A stretch of 64,000 bases of DNA, taken from the NCBI GenBank assembly GCA_028716045.1, contig JAQUQO010000001.1, forward strand, positions 798,343-862,342, read 5' to 3'. Under the pieces are notes generated by a model. It was not told the DNA's origin and made no database searches. It saw only the letters and a list, made by a program, of their open reading frames with translations. The translations under genes were made by a program, and so were the position numbers. Shown in pieces: positions 58,198-64,000 of the stretch (position 1 is the stretch's first letter; each line of letters opens with the position of its first letter). This stretch comes from Patescibacteria group bacterium (GTDB lineage Bacteria; Patescibacteriota; Patescibacteriia; JAQUQO01).

Positions 58198-59343
58198 CTA
58201 TTGTAAATTTTTTAATATTTCTTCCCCGCATTTTCCCCACGAGTATCTTTTTACCAATTCTCGCCCCCGTTCTATTAATTTATTTTTTAGCCCCTCATCA
58301 GTTAAGATTTGTTCCATGGCTCCAGCGATTTCGTTGGTATTATAAGGGTCAACGAGAAGAGCGGCGTCACCTAAAATTTCCCCAACCGAAGAGCCCAGAG
58401 AAGCAACTACCGGCGTGCCGGCGGCCATGGCCTCCAGCGGAGGGAAACCGAAGCCTTCATAAAAACTGGGGAAAATAAAAAGTTCCGCGGCGGCATAGAA
58501 TGTCGGTTTATCATCTTCGGCTACGTAATTGATAAACCGGATTTTATCCGCCACCGGACTTTGCTTAGCCGCCCGATAAATATCTTCGTAGAGCCAACCG
58601 CGGGGACCGGCGAGAATTAACTGGCAACCGGCAACTGGCAACCGGCAATTGATTAATTTTTCAAAGGCCGTAATGATGCCAATAATGTTTTTTCTCGGTT
58701 CCAAGGTTCCGAGATATAAAATGAATTTATCAGGCAAATTATACTTTGTTTTTATCGTTTCAAGTTTCAAGTTGTGAGTTTCAAGCTGCGAGTTTGTCCC
58801 GGGATAAACAACCGTGACTTTTTCTTCGGATAAACCCAGAGTTTTTATCAAATCGTTTTTAGTATTTTCCGAAACGGCAATCAGCCGGTCGAAAGTTCGG
58901 CAGAGTTTAGGGGTATTTATTAATTTATGCCACAGTCGGCGTTTTAGAGAAAAAAAATCCGGATAAAGCAAGGGCGACAGGTCGTGGACCGTGAGAATTT
59001 TTTTAATATTTTTAGATAGAGCGATAAATTGCCAGTTGGGCATCCAAAAAACATCCGCTTTGATATGAAATTTTTTGCCGACCATTTTGTCCACCTTCGG
59101 CCAGCCTAAAAATCTCATGGTCAGGTTCAGAATTTTATTGGGGTAACGAAAGCCGCAATAAAAAACATCGGAGCGATTGAATTTCGGCAAATCGGCGGGG
59201 GATTTAAAAGAATTATAAAAAAGAAAGTATTTATTTTTTTGGTCGCGCTCCAAGACGCTGCGTAAAGTGTTTTCCGTATAAACGGAAACGCCGGTGCGGT
59301 GGCGTTCCATCAATGGCCTGATATCCACGATTACATTTGCCAT
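58198..59343 (-). CDS. Glycosyltransferase family 4
   Basis: TVHDL, GTLEPRKN and EGFGFPPLEAM. Confidence 0.92.
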   Translation of the reverse strand: MANVIVDIRPLMERHRTGVSVYTENTLRSVLERDQKNKYFLFYNSFKSPADLPKFNRSDVFYCGFRYPNKILNLTMRFLGWPKVDKMVGKKFHIKADVFWMPNWQFIALSKNIKKILTVHDLSPLLYPDFFSLKRRLWHKLINTPKLCRTFDRLIAVSENTKNDLIKTLGLSEEKVTVVYPGTNSQLETHNLKLETIKTKYNLPDKFILYLGTLEPRKNIIGIITAFEKLINCRLPVAGCQLILAGPRGWLYEDIYRAAKQSPVADKIRFINYVAEDDKPTFYAAAELFIFPSFYEGFGFPPLEAMAAGTPVVASLGSSVGEILGDAALLVDPYNTNEIAGAMEQILTDEGLKNKLIERGRELVKRYSWGKCGEEILKNLQ

Positions 59344-59927
59344 AGTGAGCGATAATTTAAAAAGTGAGCGATAAAAACCCCCGTCCCCAGACCGAAAAAT
59401 AATCCGATAAGAATAGCGGCTGATATTTTTCTCTCTATTGGAACAATGGTTAATTCTCCGGCCGAGACGTTGAATGATTTTGCTTCGGGCAAACCGGACA
59501 TTTTTCCCGTTAGGGTTGTTTTTAAGCTGTCGCCGAGTTTGCGGAGCGTTGTTTCATTCGTCCCGGAAAATTTTATCACAATATTTTGCGGGGCATATCT
59601 TCTGGCGCGGAACATTTTTATTAAGACCGTTGAATTTTGGGGAGTGGCAATTCCTGCCCGTTGATAAATGTCCTCTACAATCTCGGGCGTGATAGTCAAA
59701 CTCATCAGGGTGTCGCCGAGGAGTTCGGCCGATTTACTTTCATCATAAGCGTCGTGCGGAGCTTCAACATTTTGATTTTTGGAAGTAATAAAAAAAGCCA
59801 GGGAGGCCTCTTGCTTCTCGGCTGGCAAATAAGCGACAAAAAAACCGGCGAGCATTCCCAAAATAGCGCCGGCAACAATTATCCACAAATGGCTTTTGAT
59901 AATTTGCCAATGGGCCCGGAGTTCCAT
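59331..59927 (-). CDS. Wzz/CpsC-like polysaccharide chain-length protein
   Basis: N- and C-terminal TMs around an extracellular domain, within the glycosyltransferase cluster. Confidence 0.6.
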   Translation of the reverse strand: MELRAHWQIIKSHLWIIVAGAILGMLAGFFVAYLPAEKQEASLAFFITSKNQNVEAPHDAYDESKSAELLGDTLMSLTITPEIVEDIYQRAGIATPQNSTVLIKMFRARRYAPQNIVIKFSGTNETTLRKLGDSLKTTLTGKMSGLPEAKSFNVSAGELTIVPIERKISAAILIGLFFGLGTGVFIAHFLNYRSLWQM

Positions 59928-59931
59928 AAAA

Positions 59932-61035
59932 TTAAATTATTTTTTGTTCCAAAGATGACTGAACAAAATTTCTGATTTTAGTTTTAAAATTTTCCGTGTC
60001 AAATTGTTCGGCGTATTTTTTGATTTGTTCCGGATTATATTTTTCCGGCTGGAAGCGGATGATTTTATCTCCGAGTTCTTCCCAGATTTGTTCGTCAAAA
60101 AATTCTCCGCTCAATCCCGGGACCACGGTTTCCAGCGCTCCGCCAGCCTTGTAGGCGATTACCGGCCGGCCGGAAGCCATGGCCTCCACCGCCGTGATGC
60201 CGAAATCTTCTTCCTGTGGGTGGAGATAAGCCAGACATTGGGAGTAAAGCTCGCGAAGCTCATCAAAAGAAACCGCGCCCAAAAATTTTATATTGGGTTT
60301 GGCGCGTTCCTTTAATTTCTCAAAATCGCGTCCCTCGCCGAAAATTTTTAAAGGAAGTCCGAGGCGATTGAAGGCCTCAATAATAACATCAAAACGTTTG
60401 TAGGGGACAAGGCGCCCGCCGGCCAGATAATAATTGCCGATATTTTTAGAAATGTAGAATTTTTTTGTTTCCACCGGAGGATGGATGACCTCGCTGGGTT
60501 TATTGTAGTATTTTTGGATTCGTTGTCGGACAGTCTCCGAATTGGCGATAAATTTATCCACGCGGTCGGCCGCTAATCTGTCCCAGGACCGCAGCCGATT
60601 TAAAACTATGGGCATGGCTTTTTTGACGAGCCGATTATAAGAAAGTTCCTCTATATATTTATGAGTGTCACTCCAGAGGTAGCGCGTGGGAGTATGGCAA
60701 TAGCAGACGTGGAGAGTGCGCGGTTGGGTAATGACGCCCTTGGCCAAAGCCGAGGAGCTGGAAAGCACTACGTCGTAGTCGGCTAAATTGTAGCTTTCGG
60801 TGGCGGCAGGCATCAGCGGCAGCAGCCATTGGTATTTGGTTTTAGCGCCGGGGATATTTTGCAAAAAAGAAGTCCGGATATCTTTGGCGGCAAAATCCTG
60901 GCCCACGGTTTTGGGGTTGTAAATTAAAGTAAAAATCGGCGCCGCGGGAAAAATTTCATGCAATACCCGTAGCACTTTTTCCGCCCCGCCCTCTTGAGTT
61001 AGGTGATCGTGGACCAACGCTATTTTTAAAGCCAT
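59932..61035 (-). CDS. Glycosyltransferase family 4
   Basis: ALVHDHL..GGAEKV, YCHTPTRY and EDFGITAVEAMASG. Confidence 0.92.
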   Translation of the reverse strand: MALKIALVHDHLTQEGGAEKVLRVLHEIFPAAPIFTLIYNPKTVGQDFAAKDIRTSFLQNIPGAKTKYQWLLPLMPAATESYNLADYDVVLSSSSALAKGVITQPRTLHVCYCHTPTRYLWSDTHKYIEELSYNRLVKKAMPIVLNRLRSWDRLAADRVDKFIANSETVRQRIQKYYNKPSEVIHPPVETKKFYISKNIGNYYLAGGRLVPYKRFDVIIEAFNRLGLPLKIFGEGRDFEKLKERAKPNIKFLGAVSFDELRELYSQCLAYLHPQEEDFGITAVEAMASGRPVIAYKAGGALETVVPGLSGEFFDEQIWEELGDKIIRFQPEKYNPEQIKKYAEQFDTENFKTKIRNFVQSSLEQKII

Positions 61036-61141
61036 AATTGAAGAGTGTGTAGTTTGATATAGTATAACATTATTAGAGTTTAGTCAAAAATAAAAAACCG
61101 TCTCGAGTGTTCGGGACGGTTTAAATTGTGGATTTTGTTTT

Positions 61142-61510
61142 TTATTGAGTTCGAAATCCGAGGCGTTTAACCAGGGAGATAATCATTTGTTTCATTTCCG
61201 GAGGAGCGACAAATTGTTCAAGAAAAATTATTTCCCCGGAATATCTCACCAGATAACGATGATAACCTCCCCAACCGTAGATAGCATTTTCTTTATTCAC
61301 CGAAATTCCCCCGTATTTGTCAGCAACATTTTTTAGTTCAGGATTTTGAGCGACAACTTCTTCCCACCTCTTTTTGAAAGCGGAGAAAGAACAATCGCCC
61401 AAAGCTTCTTGAATTCCGGGAGTCCCATATTCCGCACCTTCAACTTGGCACATTTTAGAAAGAGCGTTGGGTTCAAAAATAAATACCGGCATTTTATTAG
61501 ATCCCTCCAT
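61142..61510 (-). CDS. Hypothetical protein
   Basis: 122 aa ORF with its own CTTGACA promoter and terminator, bracketed by a 23-bp direct repeat. Confidence 0.6.
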   Translation of the reverse strand: MEGSNKMPVFIFEPNALSKMCQVEGAEYGTPGIQEALGDCSFSAFKKRWEEVVAQNPELKNVADKYGGISVNKENAIYGWGGYHRYLVRYSGEIIFLEQFVAPPEMKQMIISLVKRLGFRTQ

Positions 61511-61666
61511 TTAGTTTTGGTTGTAAACTATACAAGTTTATATATTATTCTAAGTTAGAAGATTTGTCAAGATTAAATATATTTTACGGTTTTGTTTACT
61601 GTTTAGTCAAAAATAAAAAACCGCCGGATTGAGTGGCGGTTTTGAGTTCAGATTTGGAGGTATTTT

Positions 61667-61849
61667 TTATTCCCCCTCATCTTCCCCCTCGTGTTGGGAG
61701 TCGGAAGTTTCGTTTTTTTCCGATTCCGGGCAAAACGGATCAAACGGTCCGCAGGCGTCTCTATTGGCTCGGCGGAGGCGTTCTCTGAGCTTCTTTGCCT
61801 CCTCTTGCGCTTCTTCAAAACTTTGTTCGCTCGGTAATTTTTTTGGCAT
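61667..61849 (-). CDS. Small acidic hypothetical protein
   Basis: 60 aa ORF with CTTGACA promoter, AGGT SD and terminator. Confidence 0.5.
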   Translation of the reverse strand: MPKKLPSEQSFEEAQEEAKKLRERLRRANRDACGPFDPFCPESEKNETSDSQHEGEDEGE

Positions 61850-61961
61850 TTTTTACCTATCTGTTAAATGTTCGTGAAAATAACAACTTTTAAAATTAAC
61901 ATTATATAATAACACAAATTACAAATTTTGTCAAGCCCCCGAGATGAACCCGCGCCAGGCC

Positions 61962-63365
61962 TTACGCCGCACCCCTTTTTTTAGTCACCGCCAGGGGAGT
62001 TTTGAGCAAAATAATTATATCCAAAATTAAAGACCATTCTTCTATATATAAAGTATCTAAACGAACCTCATCTTCAAAACTTAAATCGCTGCGGCCGCTC
62101 ACTTGAGCCATACCGGTCATACCCGGTTTTATATCCAAGACCCTTTTATGACCTTTTTGATATTTAGCCACTTCTTCAATCTCGTGGGGTCGCGGCCCGA
62201 CCAGACTCATCCGGCCGATAAAGACATTAAAAAGTTCGGCCAGCTCATCTAAACTCCAGCGGCGGATAAATCTGCCGACGCGAGTAATGCGCGGGTCATT
62301 TTTAAATTTTTTAAGCGGCGTGCCGGCCCGGACATCTTGGTATTTTTCTTTAAATTCTTCGCTATAACGCATCCAATGAGTGCCGTGTTTCATGGAGCGG
62401 AATTTGAAATATTTAAAAGACCGGCCTTTTTCTCCGACTCTTTCATAGGAAAAAAATATCGGACCGGGAGAATCTAATTTAATAGCAATGGCCATGAGAA
62501 GCATCAGGGGAGAAAGAATTATAATCAGCGCTCCGGAAATTATAATGTCAAAAATTCTTTTTATTATTTTCCCCCAGCCGTCCAGCGGCGTCTTTTTCAG
62601 CTCAATCACCGGAATGCCGGCAATGGGCGCTACTTCAATGTTGGTGGCTTGAGTTTTGTGGATATCGGCGGCATAGCGAAAAGCGTAATGGTGTTCATTG
62701 GCGTAATCAATAAGAGCCCAGTTTTCTTCTTGGGGCAGATTGGGGTCGGCTTGAATTATTTCATCAATGCCGAATTTTTCAGCGATTTTTTCCATCTGTT
62801 TTTGCGAGGCCTCCTCAAAATTTTTTAAATGTTCCACCACGCGGAATCCTAATTTTTTATTCTGATATAACTCCCCGGCGATGATATCAGAGGTGGCATC
62901 GCCGCCGACAATGACCACCCGATGGACTCCGTAGCCCCTTTTAAAAAATTGCTGCTGAATGATTTTTATAATTATTCTTCCCGCCCCCACAAAAAGTATT
63001 CCGAGCACCCAAGTGGCGATAATAATAAAGCGCGAAGAAAAAAGTTCGCGTTTAAAGAAGAAAGCTAAAATAATAATGAGCACCGCCGTGGAAGAAGCCA
63101 GGAATAATTTACTTAATTCTTGCCTGAATTTTCTGGTGGCGGTCATGGCATAGAGGCCAGCCACGGCAAAACAAATAATCCAGATGATGCCGATGACCAA
63201 AGCGATATTTAAAAAATTTAAAAAAGGCAATTCATAAATTACCGGCCTTAGTTCGCTGACCGTTTCTCCAAAGCGCAGATGATAAGCGGCGAGCGCCGCC
63301 AAAATTATCATTAAATAATCCAGGGGGACTAAGGCAATAGAAAATAAAACTTCAGACCTTTTCAT
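61962..63365 (-). CDS. Polyprenyl-phosphate glycosylphosphotransferase (WcaJ/WbaP family)
   Basis: KRIFDI, KFRSM, DPRITRVG, SLDEL, MSLVGPRP and KPGMTG.AQV. Confidence 0.93.
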   Translation of the reverse strand: MKRSEVLFSIALVPLDYLMIILAALAAYHLRFGETVSELRPVIYELPFLNFLNIALVIGIIWIICFAVAGLYAMTATRKFRQELSKLFLASSTAVLIIILAFFFKRELFSSRFIIIATWVLGILFVGAGRIIIKIIQQQFFKRGYGVHRVVIVGGDATSDIIAGELYQNKKLGFRVVEHLKNFEEASQKQMEKIAEKFGIDEIIQADPNLPQEENWALIDYANEHHYAFRYAADIHKTQATNIEVAPIAGIPVIELKKTPLDGWGKIIKRIFDIIISGALIIILSPLMLLMAIAIKLDSPGPIFFSYERVGEKGRSFKYFKFRSMKHGTHWMRYSEEFKEKYQDVRAGTPLKKFKNDPRITRVGRFIRRWSLDELAELFNVFIGRMSLVGPRPHEIEEVAKYQKGHKRVLDIKPGMTGMAQVSGRSDLSFEDEVRLDTLYIEEWSLILDIIILLKTPLAVTKKRGAA

Positions 63366-63458
63366 AAGATACGATTTACAAAATTAAGTGGCGGTTATAT
63401 GTAAATTATTTATATTATATCACAAATCCCGGGCTTTAACCCGGGATTTGTGTCGATT

Positions 63459-63967
63459 GTAAGCAATCCTGTAAGCCGAATTTTGTACCGATTTTGTTGT
63501 TTTCGCAGACAAAATCAGCGATAATCATCTATCTGGTTCCGATATTGCTATCGGAATCAAGCGAGCTACTTTTAATCCTGCCGCTCACAGGCGACGGGAC
63601 TTTGCTCTTGCGCCGGACAGGGTTTGCCGCTGCACCTTGTCACCAAGGGCAGAATAGAGTGGCCTGACGACCTCTCTATACTTTTCACCTTTGTCCTGTC
63701 ACTCGTGAGTGACGGGATAGTATTGTCTCTGTGGCACTTTCCCTGGGCTTAGGAAACAACGCAAACATCTCGAGAATGTTTAGGTTATTTCTTGCTCCCG
63801 GTTGCCGTTAGCAACTGTCCTTTTGACGGCGTTCGGACTTTCCTCCCCCACGCCCTTCAGCTTTTAGTTATATAATTTATTACTTGTATTTTACTTTTTA
63901 AGACATAAAGATTTACATCTAGCTGCAAAAGCTGAAAGGTGTGGGGGCGATTATCCGGATTACTTAT
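63459..63967 (-). ncRNA. rnpB: RNase P RNA with an extended P3
   Basis: Minus strand GAGGAAAGTCCGAAC, AAGTGCCACAGA and ACAAAATTCGGCTTAC; P1 AAGTAATCC/GGATTGCTT; hairpin at 63421-63452 downstream. Confidence 0.93.
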
Positions 63968-64000
63968 AAAAGAGCCAATTAATGGCTCCTTTATAATAGC

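Overview
Chromosomal segment of a Patescibacteria/CPR bacterium (Parcubacteria/ABY1-like gene content, standard genetic code) around the replication origin. Core content: a lamin-tail/PKD surface protein (5'-truncated), a non-oxidative pentose phosphate cluster, yidD-rnpA-rpmH / dnaA-dnaN, a class A PBP, polA, holA, purC, a 23S-5S rRNA unit with no linked 16S, tRNA-Cys/Leu/Ala, ileS with a T-box, ruvA, femAB, a glycosyltransferase cluster and RNase P RNA. The most notable region is about 29.9-38.3 kb. There a tyrosine recombinase lacking the IntI-specific insertion sits divergently from a same-strand gene array (caspase-helicase fusion, Fic-HTH, nucleotidyltransferase, HD protein and others). 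The genes are separated by attC-like TAAC...GTTA hairpins and preceded by an attI-like site and a Pc-like promoter, which suggests a non-canonical integron. Other signals: a candidate oriC 7.5 kb from dnaA, an ultrashort T-box wired to a terminator, palindromic and heptamer repeats inside RNAs and proteins, self-contained ORFan expression units, and two unannotated microproteins. All calls are by-eye motif recognition; no database search was run.
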